Assembly (NCBI GenBank): GCA_963745035.1
Contig: CAVUVW010000014.1
Span: forward strand, 192,001 to 256,000
Source: an uncultured delta proteobacterium
GTDB lineage: Bacteria > Desulfobacterota > Binatia > UBA9968
Reading direction: 5' to 3'
Length of the DNA: 64,000 bases
Shown: positions 1-11,842 of the stretch, in pieces
How the letters are laid out: each line of letters opens with the position of its first letter
How positions within the stretch are numbered: the stretch's first letter is position 1
Made by a program: the position numbers and the translations under genes
Notes under the pieces: generated by a model
The model's database searches: none
The model's input: only the letters and a program-made list of their open reading frames with translations
Told to the model about the DNA's origin: nothing

Positions 1-1
1 G

Positions 2-556
2 CCGGGCAGCACGATCTACGACACGCCGGCGGTGCTCAATGCGGCTTTCAACATTCAGATGAAACTCGTGCGCGGATTTGAAGGCGTGGCGACCATCGTC
101 AACGCCACGGAGAGCAAAGAGGTGGAGGGCTACTGCGCGAGCTGGCTCGCCATGCTGACCACGGGACGGCACCTGCAGCTTATCGACGGCGGCGTCATCA
201 AGCCGATTCTCATCATGGGCGACAAGACGCCGGATCATCCTCTCCTCAAGCGTGTGCCGGCGGCCGAAAGCTTGGCCAAGAACGAGGAAGGCAAACAGCT
301 CTTGCGGGCAATGCACGCGCCATCGCAGATCACCAATCCCTACGTCGTCCATCCCGAAGTGGCGAAGGATCGGGTCGAGGCTCTTCGCAGGGCCTTCTGG
401 GCGACGTTCAACGATGCGGAATTTCTGAGCGACGCCAAAAAGACCAAAATCGAGTTTACGCCGAGCAACGGCGAAAGAACCACGCAAGTGGTCCAATCCA
501 TTCTGAACACTCCCGCGGCGGTGCTGGCAAGAATGAAGAAGGTGCTCGTCGAGTAG
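2..556 (+). CDS. Tripartite tricarboxylate transporter substrate-binding protein (TctC/Bug family), 5'-partial
   Basis: Frame open from the window edge; C-terminal HPEVAKDRVEALRRAFWATFNDAEFL resembles the TctC-like proteins at 22197 and 23653. Confidence 0.75.
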   Translation, partial: PGSTIYDTPAVLNAAFNIQMKLVRGFEGVATIVNATESKEVEGYCASWLAMLTTGRHLQLIDGGVIKPILIMGDKTPDHPLLKRVPAAESLAKNEEGKQLLRAMHAPSQITNPYVVHPEVAKDRVEALRRAFWATFNDAEFLSDAKKTKIEFTPSNGERTTQVVQSILNTPAAVLARMKKVLVE

Positions 557-583
557 ACGTTGGAAACTGAAAGGAGCAAAGAG

Positions 584-693
584 TGGTTCGACCGTTCGAG
601 GAGCCTCACGGCAGGCTTCCCCGACGGCCTTCAGTTCCGAATCCGTCGAGGAATCAGCATGAGCGGAGAATGCTGTTAACCGTTCGTCCTGAG
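584..693. repeat. Left part of a palindromic TTCGAC...GTCGAA repeat, interrupted by IS copy 1 (continues 2116-2131)
   Basis: TGGTTCGAC...CATGAGCGG...CCGTTCGTCCTGAG here and CTAGTCGAAGGAC after the IS; same module as the intact copy at 19287-19349. Confidence 0.75.
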
Positions 694-781
694 ACTTGTA
701 TGATGGATGTCGGCTCTGAACCGGGAGTGCTCTGCTACAATGCCCGAAACGCGAAAGGCATTGTGCAAGGAGGCACTCAGC

Positions 782-1915
782 ATGGGACACAAAGCGTTTA
801 TACCACAAGAGTACGATGTGTTTGCGGGCTTGGACGTAGATAAAAGAAGCATCTCGGTGACCTTTAGCAACCATCAGCAAGGATTTGTCCGATCGTTGCA
901 CATGCCGTACAGCGTGGAGCACTTGCTCAAGCACGTACGCAAGCATTATCCCGATCAGAAGGTTGCGTTTGTCTATGAAGCTGGACCGACGGGGTATGGA
1001 TTGTATGATGGGCTTTCGGCCAGGGGTATAACTGCTTGGTGGCGGCACCTTCGATGATCCCTCGAGCTCCCGGGCAAAGAGTCAAAACCAATCGCCTCGA
1101 CAGCCGAGGGTTGTCGGAGAGCTTGCGCGGTGGACAGTTGAAGAGCATTCAGTGCCTTCGCCCATTTATCGAGAGCTTCGCCATCTCACTCAGCTGCGCG
1201 ACACCTTGGTCAGTGAAGTGGCGGGGATGAAGCAGCGGATTCAATCGCTGTTGCTGTTTGAGGGGATCGCTTTCCCAGCGGCTCCCGCTGGGAGCCGCTG
1301 GTCTTTGAAAGTGAAGAGCCAACTGAGGAAACTTCAGTGCTCTAAGAGCATGCGCTTTAAACTCGATCAGTTGCTCGACAACGTGGAGTTTTCTGAGAAG
1401 CAGGTCGTGAAAGTGACCAAAGAGATTCGCAAGCTCTGTCAGAACGATCCTGAACTGGCGCAGTGCATGAAGTATATGATGAGCGTTTGTGGCATCGGCT
1501 GGATTGTGGCCAGTCAGCTCCTGGCTCGTATCGGTGATTGGCGGGAACTTAAAAACGTGCGTCAGCTGGCAGGGTTTTTGGGGCTGGTTCCGAGTGAGGA
1601 CTCTACGGGAGAGAAAACCGATCGAGGCTCGATCACCGCACGGGACATGGCCGCCTGAGGAGTAAACTCATCCAAGCGGCCTGGTCGGCGATTCGCCAAG
1701 ATGGTGAACTTCGGGAGTTTTACAGTTCGGTATGCCGCAGACACCCGCGGCATATGGGTCCGCGAGTCGCCATCGTCGCCGTGGCGCGCAAGCTCAGCAC
1801 CCGGATTGCTGCGGTGTTGATGGAACAACGGCCCTATGTGATGAGACAAAAAGTTCATTCAGCTCCTTTGACCCAAGAGGAGACATCGCCCCAGGGAACG
1901 GCTCGACGACTTTGA
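782..1915 (+). pseudogene. IS110-family transposase/recombinase, frameshifted
   Basis: Matches the intact ORF at 20670-21806 but lacks single C residues near 1020, 1151 and 1637; real decay or sequencing error. Confidence 0.85.
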
Positions 1916-2099
1916 GAACCGGGAGAAAGAAACTCCTGACGGTTCGATCCTTGAGACAGAGATCCCGGGGCTTTGTGCCTTAGAGAGGGGCGCATTTTAA
2001 GTCAGTGTGACGGCCGGGTGCCGTGCCACGCATAGCAGCAAGTCTCTCTTGGCCGGGAAAGAAGAAGGGATAAACTAAGAGCATTCGCGGTGTAGCGAC
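1916..2099 (+). ncRNA. Putative bridge/seek RNA in the right end of IS copy 1
   Basis: 5' hairpin 1916-1945; target-like GTTCGATCCTTGAG 1942-1955; donor guides CATAGCAG 2031-2038 and CAAGTCT 2039-2045 inside a CGGCCGG/TTGGCCG stem; boundaries approximate. Confidence 0.75.
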
Positions 2100-2171
2100 T
2101 TGACATCCACATAGCAGCTAGTCGAAGGACTCCGATAATTTGTTTGGCAACCAGCTAATCGATAACCCACT

Positions 2172-3191
2172 ATGAAATTCGGCACGCATAGCCTTCCCAC
2201 TTACATGCCCGATGTCGACGGCCGGCTGCCGGACTTCTATCGCTGCATGTTCGAACAGATCGTCGAGGTGGAAAAGCTCGGCTTCGATCATGCCTGGGTG
2301 ACCGAGCATCACTTCGGCGGCTACGGCGGGACTCTGCCCCACCCTCCCACTTTTTTGTCGGCGGTTGCACAGATGACCACGCGCATTCGTCTCGGCGTGG
2401 CTGTCGCGGTACTGCCGCTGCATCGGCCGATCGATCTCGCCGAGGCCTACGCCATGGCCGACGTCGTCTCCAACGGCCGCATCGATTTCGGCATCGGCAA
2501 AGGCAGCGAGCCGGTGGAGTATCGGAAGTTCGGCGCAAGCCAGGATGAAGCGACCCAGCGGTTTCACGAAAGCGCGGAAATCATTCGCCAGGCGTGGTCG
2601 GACGAGCCGGTGAATTTTCGCGGTGAATTCTATCAATACGAAAACGTGAATATCCTGCCGAAGCCGGTGCAGCGGCCGCACCCGCCGATCTGGGTCGGCG
2701 CCACGCGGAACGAGGAAACTTTTCGCTGGGCAGGCGAGCAGGGCTACGACCTCATGACCGTGCCGTTCGTGCATCCATCGACCGAGGCGTTGCGCGAGCT
2801 GGTAAAAATCTATCGCGATGCGCTGGCGCGCAGCGGCCACGACTTCGTCGGTCGCCAGGTTCTCGGCAAGTTTCACATCTATGTGTCGGAAAGCTTCGAG
2901 CGAGGCATGCGCGAGGCTGCGCCGTTCATGAAAAACTATAGCGACATCCACCACGCGGTCGATCCGACGCGAAAACTCACCGAGCGTGACATCGGTTCGG
3001 ACATGGCGCGGGGGTTCATCATTGTCGGCGATCCGGAGCGCTGCGCCGACACGATCCGGCGCTGGCACGAAGAATCCGGCATCACGACTTTCTCCGGCAC
3101 GTTTCATTTCGGCGGCATGCCGCAAGAGCTGGCGCTCAAAAATATTCGCCTGTTCGCCGAGCGCGTGATGCCGGCGCTGAAGGATTTGTAA
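2172..3191 (+). CDS. LLM-class (luciferase-like) flavin-dependent oxidoreductase
   Basis: GFDHAWVTEHHF, TTRIRLG, PKPVQRPHPPIWVG, LFAERVMP motifs. Confidence 0.9.
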   Translation: MKFGTHSLPTYMPDVDGRLPDFYRCMFEQIVEVEKLGFDHAWVTEHHFGGYGGTLPHPPTFLSAVAQMTTRIRLGVAVAVLPLHRPIDLAEAYAMADVVSNGRIDFGIGKGSEPVEYRKFGASQDEATQRFHESAEIIRQAWSDEPVNFRGEFYQYENVNILPKPVQRPHPPIWVGATRNEETFRWAGEQGYDLMTVPFVHPSTEALRELVKIYRDALARSGHDFVGRQVLGKFHIYVSESFERGMREAAPFMKNYSDIHHAVDPTRKLTERDIGSDMARGFIIVGDPERCADTIRRWHEESGITTFSGTFHFGGMPQELALKNIRLFAERVMPALKDL

Positions 3192-3267
3192 CTTTCAGAA
3201 CTACACTGTGGCCTATCCCGTTCTGCGAGTCGAGCTGGAAAGGGGAGATTTTCCTACGCTCGTTGCA

Positions 3268-3301
3268 AATCCCCCGTTTCCCCCTTTGTCAAAGGGGGAT
3301 T
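3268..3301. repeat. Short REP-like palindrome
   Basis: TCCCCCTTTG-T-CAAAGGGGGA perfect hairpin preceded by AATCCCCC. Confidence 0.6.
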
Positions 3302-3427
3302 CATGCGGAACGTACTGAACCCAAAGGACTGTTTTGAGCGCGTTGGCAAGCCACTGGGATCTGCTTTCCTGGCATTGTATAAAAAACACACGCGCGCATT
3401 ATTCGAATTCCAAGAAAGGCATCACCC

Positions 3428-5082
3428 ATGGCGATCCATCCTCTAGCAGGAAAACCGGCTCCTCGCGAAATATTGATCGACGTCGAAGCGGTGCTCAAAG
3501 CATATTACGAACGCCGCCCGAACGTGGACGAGCCGCAGCAGCTCGTGAGTTTTGGCACCAGCGGGCATCGAGGGAGTTCCGCCGACGGCAGCTTCAACGA
3601 GGCGCACATCCTGGCCATGACCCAAGCCATCTGCGAATATCGCGCGAGCAAGAATATTTCCGGCCCGCTTTACCTGGGTAAGGATACGCATGCCGTGTCG
3701 GGACCGGCGCAGAAGACCGCGCTCGAAGTGCTCGCGGCCAACGAGGTAGAGACGATCATTCAGCGCGACGACGGCTTTACGCCAACGCCGTCCATTTCCC
3801 GCGCGATTCTCGTTCACAATCGAAATAACAAGACCGGCCTCGCCGACGGCATCGTCGTCACGCCGTCGCACAATCCGCCGGCCGATGGGGGCTTCAAATA
3901 CAATCCGCCGGAGGGCGGCCCCGCCGACACGGATATTACCGATTGGATCCAACAACGAGCCAACGATCTGTTGCGCGGCGGCAATCGGAACGTGAAAAGA
4001 ATCCCCTATGAGGCGGCGCTCAAAGCACCGACAACTGCACGAAGCTGACTTGGTCACACCCTACGTCGACGATTTGGCCAATGTCATTGATATGGAAGCG
4101 ATCCGCGCGGCGGGCATAAAGATCGGCGTCGATCCGCTCGGCGGCGCTGCGCTGCCGTACTGGCAAAAAATCGCCGAACGTTATCGCCTGGATCTTACGA
4201 TCGTCAACGACAAAATCGATCCAACTTTTCGTTTCATGACTTTGGATCACGACGGCAAAATCAGGATGGATTGTTCCAGTCCCTACGCCATGGCCGGTCT
4301 CGTGAGCCTCAAGGATCGCTTTCAAGTTGCTATGGGCAATGACGCCGACGCCGACCGTCACGGCATCGTCACGCCGTCGCACGGGCTGATGAATCCAAAC
4401 CATTATCTCGCCGTAGCGATTCACTATTTGCTCACGCACCGGCCGCAGTGGAAGAAAGAAGCTGCCGTCGGCAAAACGCTGGTGAGCAGCTTGCTCATCG
4501 ACCGGGTGGTGGAGAAGCTCGATCGAAAACTTTTCGAAGTTCCCGTCGGCTTCAAATGGTTCTCGCAAGGGACTGTTCGACGGCGATCTCTGCTTCGGCG
4601 GCGAAGAGAGCGCGGGCGCGAGCTTTCTCTGCCGCGATGGAACCGTATGGACGACGGACAAGGACGGCATCATCCTCTCTCTGTTGGCCGCGGAGATGAT
4701 TGCGACCACCGGACGCGACCCCGGTGCTTGGTACGATGAGCTCACCAAACAATTGGGTCGTCCGTTTTACGCGCGTATGGACTTGCCGGCGACCGGGGCA
4801 CAGAAGAAGGCTCTCAAATCGCTTCGTCCCGAACAGCTCGCGGCCGATGAACTTGCCGGCGAGCCGATCACGGCCAAACTAACCCGCGCGCCCGGCAACA
4901 ACGCCGAGATCGGCGGCCTCAAAGTATCGGCGAGCAGCGGTTGGTTTGCCGTACGGCCCTCGGGAACCGAAGATCTGTGCAAGATCTACGCGGAAAGCCT
5001 TCGCTCTGAAGATCATTTGAAAAAGATTCAAGACGAAGCTTTGAAGATTGCGCAGTCGGTGTTTGTTACTGGGCTGAACTGA
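3428..5082 (+). CDS. pgm: Phosphoglucomutase (alpha-D-glucose phosphate-specific), two apparent frameshifts
   Basis: [15 protein letters not shown] catalytic Ser, DADADRHG metal loop, RPSGTE; shifts near 4035 and 4570. Confidence 0.92.
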
Positions 5083-5111
5083 CGCTTGTTACTCCAGCGG
5101 CAGAAACCAAC

Positions 5112-5609
5112 GTGACCATGGCGCCGCAGATTTTTCGCTTGGCGAGTACGGCACTGTCTCTCGGCACGACCGGCGAGTGGCGACTCTCACGTTCTTTGTC
5201 AATGCAAGGAACCGCTCTCCTCGGCGCCGGCTACGCCACCGTCAGCACCATTGGTGGCATCTCCGACGAGCGGTCGAATCAATACGGCGTTGCCCCGCAG
5301 GCACTCTTGGCTTTGCGATTGATCATGGGCGAGCGCGCGTCCATCGACCTAACCGCCAACGAATACTTTGTCAGCGATGTATCCGGAAGCCGTGGCGATC
5401 ACGACAACGTCATACGAGCGGACGCGTCGATCACGTGGCGCATTCTTCGCGAGCATGCAGTCTCAATAAGATATCAGTTGTCCCGACGTGACTCGGATTT
5501 CCGCCAGCTAGGCAGTAGCGTCCAGAGCAGAGGCACGGTCGGGATCTTTTATACGCTTCTCGGTCGTGATCGGTTCGGCACCGGCGATTGGAAGCGCAAT
5601 GGAGATTAG
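5112..5609 (+). pseudogene. Probable C-terminal fragment of an outer-membrane beta-barrel protein (DUF3943-like)
   Basis: Alternating amphipathic strands (YGVAPQALLALRLIMG, IRADASITWRI, GTVGIFYTLLG); no signal peptide or clear RBS; family from recall only. Confidence 0.4.
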
Positions 5610-5828
5610 AAAGCGATATTCCGAGAAAATCTGTCTCGCCTTGCTGTGATGGCTTGAATGCTAATTGAGAAAAGACCTCAGCGCAGTCCTGGCCCATTTC
5701 CGGCGCTTTGAACCGACATAACTCCCCGACCATTTGACCGGCGGCCTTCGGAAAAGAAAAACGTTTCCGCAATGACGAATATGGCCTAACTGCACCAGTC
5801 GATGATGACCGAGTGTTCCGCGGGTGCG

Positions 5829-6803
5829 TCATCGCACCAGCGACGGCAGCCGATTTTTGAGGATTGCTTCCGCCTCCGTCACGATCTCTGCAACCACATC
5901 CTTGACGCTCTTGATGGAATCGATCAAGCCCGCGTCTTGACCGAACGACAGCGACGCATTGTCGATATCGCCGGCGGCGCGCGCTGCCGCAACTTCTTTG
6001 CTCACTTCGCTCGCGTTTTGCCGCAGCGCCCATTCGCGGCCGGCCCAGCGCTCGATAAACTTGTTGCGCTGCGCGCGCGACATTGCTCCGGGCCAGACCC
6101 GTTGGCTGGCGAGATCGGGAATCTCGGTGAGCACAGTGTCGTGGCCGTCGCTCTTGACGATCGCCTGTTTGAAGTTGGCGTGAATCGGCGCCTCGGGCGT
6201 CGCCATGAAACGGGTGCCAAGCAGGACGCCTTCCGCACCGAGCGCCAGCGCGGCGGCAAGACCGCGGCCATCGGCGATGCCGCCCGCGGAGAGCACCGGC
6301 AATGGCGCTACGGCTTTGACCATCATCGGCACCAGCGGCAATGATGCCATCCACACGACGTGGCCGCCGGCTTCCGTTCCCTGCGCGACAAGCACGTCCG
6401 CGCCGGCTTCGGCGGCGCGCAGCGCTTCCGGCACTTCGCCGGCCATGTACATGACCTTGCAGCCGGCGTCGTGTGCGCGCGCGAAATAGTCTCGCAAGTT
6501 TTGATCTTTGCGCGCCCACGCAAAGGCCGCCACGTCCGGCCGCGCGCGTAAAGTGACGGCGAACATGTCCTCCTTAATTTGAAACAAGAGATGGTTGACA
6601 CCGAAGGGCTTCTCCGTCCGTTCGTGAATCGCCGCGATCTCCGACTCCAATGTCGCGGCGTTGAACGCCGAGGTGCCGAGCGTGCCGAAGCCGCCCGCGT
6701 TGGACACCGCCGCGACCAGCGGCGCCGTGGTGGCGGTGCCCATGCCGCCCAGAACGATTGGATGCGGAATGCCGAGTAGATCACAAATGCGCGTGTGGAT
6801 CAT
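5829..6803 (-). CDS. Nitronate monooxygenase / FabK-like flavoprotein
   Basis: PIVLGGM, AQGTEAGGH, SAGGIADGRG, GVLLGTRF. Confidence 0.88.
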   Translation of the reverse strand: MIHTRICDLLGIPHPIVLGGMGTATTAPLVAAVSNAGGFGTLGTSAFNAATLESEIAAIHERTEKPFGVNHLLFQIKEDMFAVTLRARPDVAAFAWARKDQNLRDYFARAHDAGCKVMYMAGEVPEALRAAEAGADVLVAQGTEAGGHVVWMASLPLVPMMVKAVAPLPVLSAGGIADGRGLAAALALGAEGVLLGTRFMATPEAPIHANFKQAIVKSDGHDTVLTEIPDLASQRVWPGAMSRAQRNKFIERWAGREWALRQNASEVSKEVAAARAAGDIDNASLSFGQDAGLIDSIKSVKDVVAEIVTEAEAILKNRLPSLVR

Positions 6804-6837
6804 GGCGCCTCCAGGTCAATCGGAAAATTCGAATACC

Positions 6838-6910
6838 TCACCGCGGAGGCGCTGAGGACGCGGAGAGGAAGCAGAAAATACTCTCTGCGAACTCTGCGCC
6901 TTTGCGGTGA
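6838..6910. repeat. Palindromic intergenic repeat of 9-nt subunits
   Basis: TCACCGCGGAGGCGCTGAGGACGCGGAGAG pairs with CTCTCTGCGAACTCTGCGCCTTTGCGGTGA. Confidence 0.75.
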
Positions 6911-6928
6911 AACTCTTTAGGTGCAAGC

Positions 6929-8020
6929 TCACGGGTCGGCTTTCGGAAAATTCAGCGCGTCGATCTCGAACTTCCTCAATTCCGGCATGACTTGCTCGGT
7001 AAAAAGCTGGAGCGACTTGAGCGCCTGCTTTTGTGTCAGCTCGCCGAACGTGAACTCGCCGAGAAATGTGTCGGCGCCGGCTTCGCCAGCGATTTTTTTG
7101 ATTTGTCCCACAACGGTTTCCGGCGAGCCGCAGATGAATGAGCCTTCAGCAATGGAGTGCTCCATGTCCATCAATTCCTGCCTGCGGCCGCCGTCGAGGA
7201 TCGTCGATAAACCGGTGGCGGCGTGGGCGCCATAGGTGCGCGCGCCGCCGCGGCGCTCCCAGAAATTCTTCCAGTGAAACTCGCCTTCGCCGCGAGCCTG
7301 CCCGTCGGTTTCCGCGACATAGATTTCGCGCATCAAGCCGATGTGTGGTTTGGGCCCGGCGGGTGGCCTCCTGCGATATACTTCCCGGTATTCATCGAAG
7401 GCCTTGCGCGCCGCTTTCATGCCGGCGGGAACCCATTGGACGGTGCTCACGCCGGTGGAGGCCGCTTCTTCGATGGAATCCTTACTCCGGGTCGGCATCC
7501 ACAGCGGCGGATGAGGTTTTTGCACGAGCGGGATGGCGAGGTCCACATCTTTACACTTGAAATAACGGCCTTCAAAGGTGAACGTCTCGTGCGTCCACAG
7601 CCCTTTGATGATGCGCAAAGCCTCCAGGGTCATCTCGCGCTTCTGCTCCCATGATATGTTGTACGCCGCAAAGCTGAACGGCCCGATGCCGGCGCCGAAG
7701 CCGCATTCGAGACGTCCTTCGGTAAGATTGTCGAGCAAGGCGACTTCCTCGGCGACGCGGATCGGATTCCACAGCGGCAGTACATAAACCAGCGGGCCGA
7801 GGCGGATCTTCTTCGTTCGTTGGGACGCTGCGCCGAGAAAAGTTCCCGGACTGGGACACTCGGAAAAACCCATGTCGAAATGATGCTCGGCGACGAAATA
7901 GAAATCCATGCCCGCGTGATCGGCGCATTCCAAGACCTCCAGATGGCTCTTGTAGAGATCGACGTACGAGCGGGCCGGAACATCGTGCTTCTGCATGTGA
8001 TCGAACAGTCCGAGTTTCAT
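6929..8020 (-). CDS. LLM-class flavin-dependent oxidoreductase
   Basis: FVAEHHF, TKKIRLG, QKPHPPLW, LFTEQVMP. Confidence 0.9.
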   Translation of the reverse strand: MKLGLFDHMQKHDVPARSYVDLYKSHLEVLECADHAGMDFYFVAEHHFDMGFSECPSPGTFLGAASQRTKKIRLGPLVYVLPLWNPIRVAEEVALLDNLTEGRLECGFGAGIGPFSFAAYNISWEQKREMTLEALRIIKGLWTHETFTFEGRYFKCKDVDLAIPLVQKPHPPLWMPTRSKDSIEEAASTGVSTVQWVPAGMKAARKAFDEYREVYRRRPPAGPKPHIGLMREIYVAETDGQARGEGEFHWKNFWERRGGARTYGAHAATGLSTILDGGRRQELMDMEHSIAEGSFICGSPETVVGQIKKIAGEAGADTFLGEFTFGELTQKQALKSLQLFTEQVMPELRKFEIDALNFPKADP

Positions 8021-8032
8021 CGTGGATGGTTC

Positions 8033-9021
8033 CTATTTTGCCAAGGATTGCTCTTTTTCGATTTCCTGGAGCAGCGAGTTGTCGAACATCTTTTCGAGCG
8101 CGAGCTTTTTCACTTCCGCGCTGACTTCGGCGCGAAAATCGATGATCGAAGTCAGCCCCGCGAGCGAGACATAGGGAACGCGGAGCGCGTAATCCTTCAC
8201 ATTTTCTTTGTACGTCGCGTCGAGGGTTTCAGCCGTCGCTGGTGCGCGTATACTTGCCGATCGCTTTCTTGGCCACCGCCGGCTCCCGGATCGCCAGATC
8301 ATAGGCGGCGATGGTGGCGCGCAGCAGGCGCTTCAGCTCTTCGCGCTTGGCGCGAGCCTGCGAACTTTTGACGATGATGCAGCCATAGTCGAAGGGCAGC
8401 GCGATGGTTTCGGTCGTGAGCAGTTCCCGGAAGCCCAACCGCCGGGCCTGCAGCGTGAGCGGCAAGCGAAATCGACCCGCCTTGCACCAGATTTTTCTGC
8501 ATGCCGGCGATGATCTCCTGGGTGCCGCCGAGCTGAATCACGGCTACATCTTTGATCGGCTGGAGGCGGTTCTTTCTCAAAACGTGGCGCGCGACGAAGT
8601 CGGAGAAGGCCCCAAAGCGCGAGACCCCGACGGCTTTGCCTTTGAGCGCCGCAATGTTGGCGATCGGCGCGGTCGTAAAAAACGAAGTCTGTCCGGTGTC
8701 GTACTGGCACCCCACCATCATGAGATCGGCGCCGGCGAGATTGGCGTCGACAACCGCGCCGGCGGCGGAGTAAACAACATCGACATCGCCGGCGAGCAGC
8801 GCCTGCACCGCCGTCGTGCTCGAGCCGATGAACAGCAGCTCCATATCGACGCCGTGTTTTTGATAGAGCCCGGACTCCTTGCCGACCCAGAGAATGGCAA
8901 AGGTTCCGGAAAAGGCGGTGTAAGCGACGCGCAGCTTTTGCGCGCTCGCACGGCTCGCCCCGGATAGCAATATCGCGGCAAGCGCAAGAATCGAGACAAC
9001 GCCTTTGATCGATCGTCTCAT
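8033..9021 (-). CDS. ABC substrate-binding protein (SsuA/NMT1/THI5-like), apparent frameshifts
   Basis: Signal peptide; GLYQKHGVDMELL, LKGKAVGVSRFG; split over ORFs 8299-9021, 8229-8465, 8033-8302. Confidence 0.8.
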
Positions 9022-9272
9022 GATAGGCCCGTATGCCGGGAAGACGGCTCCCGTAGATCATGTTTGATCCATGCATGTCAAGATTCGCTTCCTGCAGAAG
9101 ACGAGTGGCAATCTTCTGGTTGACAATCACTTTCGACGCGCCGATATTTTCGTGACGATTCGGCTTGATATTGAACCTCTCCGACAGATGGTCGCGACGC
9201 TCCGAGAAAACTGATACCTCTTACCTTCGCCTCCCCGGTTCGTGATAGATTCGAATCCCGCGAAAGGATCGC

Positions 9273-10260
9273 ATGGCCATGCTGCGCTATCATCTCACTG
9301 TCTCTTTGTTCTTGGGCGGCGCCCTGCTCGCGTCTCCCGCCGGAGCCGAAAAGATTAGATCAGCGGTGCCGGGATTGAACCTGAACTACCTATCCATCTT
9401 CACCGCTGAAGCGCGTGGATTTTTCAAGGACGAGAATCTGGAGAATGAAACCATCGTCATTGGCGGGCCCGCCGGGATCGCCGCGCTGGTGAGCGGCGAC
9501 GTGGATTTTAGCGGCGCCGGCGGCAGCGGGCTGCGCGCGGCGGTCAAAGGCGCGCCGCTGAAGGCGATCCTGTACCAGACCGAGAGGCCGACGTGGTATC
9601 TCGTCGTGCACCCGAGCATTGCTCAGGTCAGCGATCTCAAGGGCAAGCGCATCGGTGTGGCGTTGATCGGCGATAGCGAAGACCGCTTCACCACGCTGTT
9701 TGCCGAGCGCGGCGGTTTGTCTGCCAAGGACTTGACGAAAATCACCCTCGGCACGAGCCCCGGCGACAAGATACTCGCTCTCAAATCGGGAGCGGTCTCC
9801 GCCGTCGTGCTGGATCCGGCGGGAACCATCGTCGCCGAGCGGGAAGGGCTGCGCAGCCTCGCGTACTTGGGTGACGTGTTTCCCATTGCCCTTTCAGGGC
9901 TACGTCGCTACCGACAAAAAGATCGCGGAAAATTCAGCGCAACTTAAGCGCTGGATCAGAGCTATGGTCCGGTCCTTGATGTTCATCCGCGAGCAGCCCG
10001 AAGACGCCGCGGATATCGGCATGAAAAAATTGCCGTTCGGCAAGATCACCAAGCCCATGTTGATCGATGCGATCAAGGCATGGCTGCGCGCCCTGCCCCA
10101 AGGGGTCCCGGGCCTGCCGTCCGCGGAGGGCGTGAAAAATATTCTCGAGTACGAAGTCCGGCTGCCGATGAAAATGACTGAGTCTTTGTCGGCGGAAAAG
10201 TTTCTCGATCTGCGCTGGATCGCCGAAGTCAAGAAAGAGTTGGAGCAGAAGCGCAGGTAA
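9273..10260 (+). CDS. ABC substrate-binding protein (SsuA/NMT1-like), apparent frameshift near 9885
   Basis: Signal peptide; GFFKDENLE, DLKGKRIGV; continues in ORF 9871-10260. Confidence 0.8.
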
Positions 10261-10314
10261 TGCCGCACGCACGCGCTGTCGCCCCGGGCAAGCAGCAAAA
10301 TTGGAGGATATTTT

Positions 10315-11456
10315 ATGGTAACAGAGGAACTCGCATCGTTGCGCGTCGATCAGGTCGGCAGTCTGTTAAGGCCGCAAAGATTGAAGGACGCGTTCGCCGA
10401 TTACGGCCGCGGTAAAATCAGCGAAGATGATTTGAAAAGAGCCCAAGACGACGCGATCCGCGACGTCGTGACGAAACAGGCCGCGCACAATCTACCGATC
10501 ATCGTCGACGGCGAATTTCGCCGTACGAGCTTCATGGAAAGCTTCGCCGTGGTTGCCGGGGTGGAGGAATGGCAGACCGGCGTGAAGACCTACCATGAGA
10601 TCCTGGCGCGCCAGGATACCGACGACTCGGTTTCCCACAAAGGCCAGGACCCGATTCTGCTCAATCGCAAGCGCGTCACCGAACGCTTGCGCCTGGTGCG
10701 CAATTCGCTGCTCGACGACTACCGCTTCACGCAGGGGCTCACCAACCGTGCGGTCAAAGTGACGTTGATCAGCGCCGACCGGATCAGCCAATGCTATGAC
10801 AGCGAGGCCTCGCGCGCCGTCTATCCCAACGTCGAAGAATTCCTCAGCGACGTGGTGGCGGTGCAGCGGCAGCATGATCGGCGAATTGGCCCAGGCGGAT
10901 TGCCGCTACATCGGCATCGACGGGCCGGGTTACACGGCGTACGTCGATCCGGATTCGCTCGCCGCCATGCGCTCGCGCGGTGAAAACCCGCAAAGTAATT
11001 TGGCCCGCTCCATTGCCGTTGACAACGAAATCATTGGAGACTTTCCAGGAGATCACCTTCGGCATCCATATTTGCCGCGGCAACCGGCAGAGCATGTGGC
11101 ACCGTGAAGGACACTATGACGCTATCGCGGAGACGCTCTTCAACGGCCTGCGCCACCAGCGCCTGCTGCTGGAGTACGACACCGAGCGCGCCGGCGGTTT
11201 CGCGCCGCTGCGCTTCGTGCCGAAAGGCAAGATCGCCGTGCTCGGCTTGATCACCACCAAGGTCGGCCGGGTGGAGAGCGTCGACGAACTGCGCCGGCGC
11301 ATCGATGAAGCCGCGCGCTACCTGCCGCTCGAGCAACTAGCGCTCAGCCCGCAGTGCGGCTTCGCCTCAAGCCTGCGCGGCAATCTCCTGACCGAAGAGG
11401 AGCAGTTCCGCAAGTTGGACGTGATGCTGGAGACGGCAAGAAAGGTGTGGGGTTAA
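10315..11456 (+). CDS. Cobalamin-independent methionine synthase II family protein (single-barrel MetE-like), apparent frameshifts
   Basis: DQVGSLLRP, DGEFRR, HICRGN, LEYD, LSPQCGF zinc motifs across three ORFs. Confidence 0.85.
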
Positions 11457-11842
11457 ACAAGCAAAATTTCCGAGCGCCGGGCGCTCGCCGGCGCCGACAC
11501 TCGGAAACCGGCCTTATCGGCCTCGATCGCCCGCTTCGCGCAGCGACCAAGCCGGCCGCTGCTGCGCGCAGAACCGTTTGGCCGAGGTCGACTTCCCGGC
11601 GCGAGCCTTCCAAGTCGACTTGAACTTTGAAGCAATGCCGCAGCGCGCAAACAATAATTCTCGGACGGGCGGAGGTCGATTTCATTGATTCCGGGACGGA
11701 GATTGACGTTTCGGACCTGAGCGACGACATCGTTCCCTTCTCGGACCACGATCTCCGTCTCGCACCTCCCGGATATTCTTGCTGCTCACCGTTGGATAGC
11801 GAGGGCAAACGAGTTCAAATCGTCCGGATAGCTCGATCGCGG

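Larger units (their letters stand above)
692..2117 (+). mobile_element. IS110-family (IS1111-type) insertion sequence, copy 1
   Basis: Near-identical to 20580-22008 (three 1-bp deletions and two substitutions seen); AG at both ends; subterminal inverted repeats TATGATGGATGTC / GACATCCACATA; long 3' non-coding end. Confidence 0.95.

Noticed and set aside
2100-2140. Outward hybrid promoter from the IS -35 box into the LLM gene
   Set aside because: No -10-like hexamer 16-18 nt downstream in either copy; GATAAT at 2134 is too far.
11457-11842. Possible gene or fragment between the MetE-like and amidohydrolase genes
   Set aside because: Only short protein-like stretches in shifting frames; no family or start supported.
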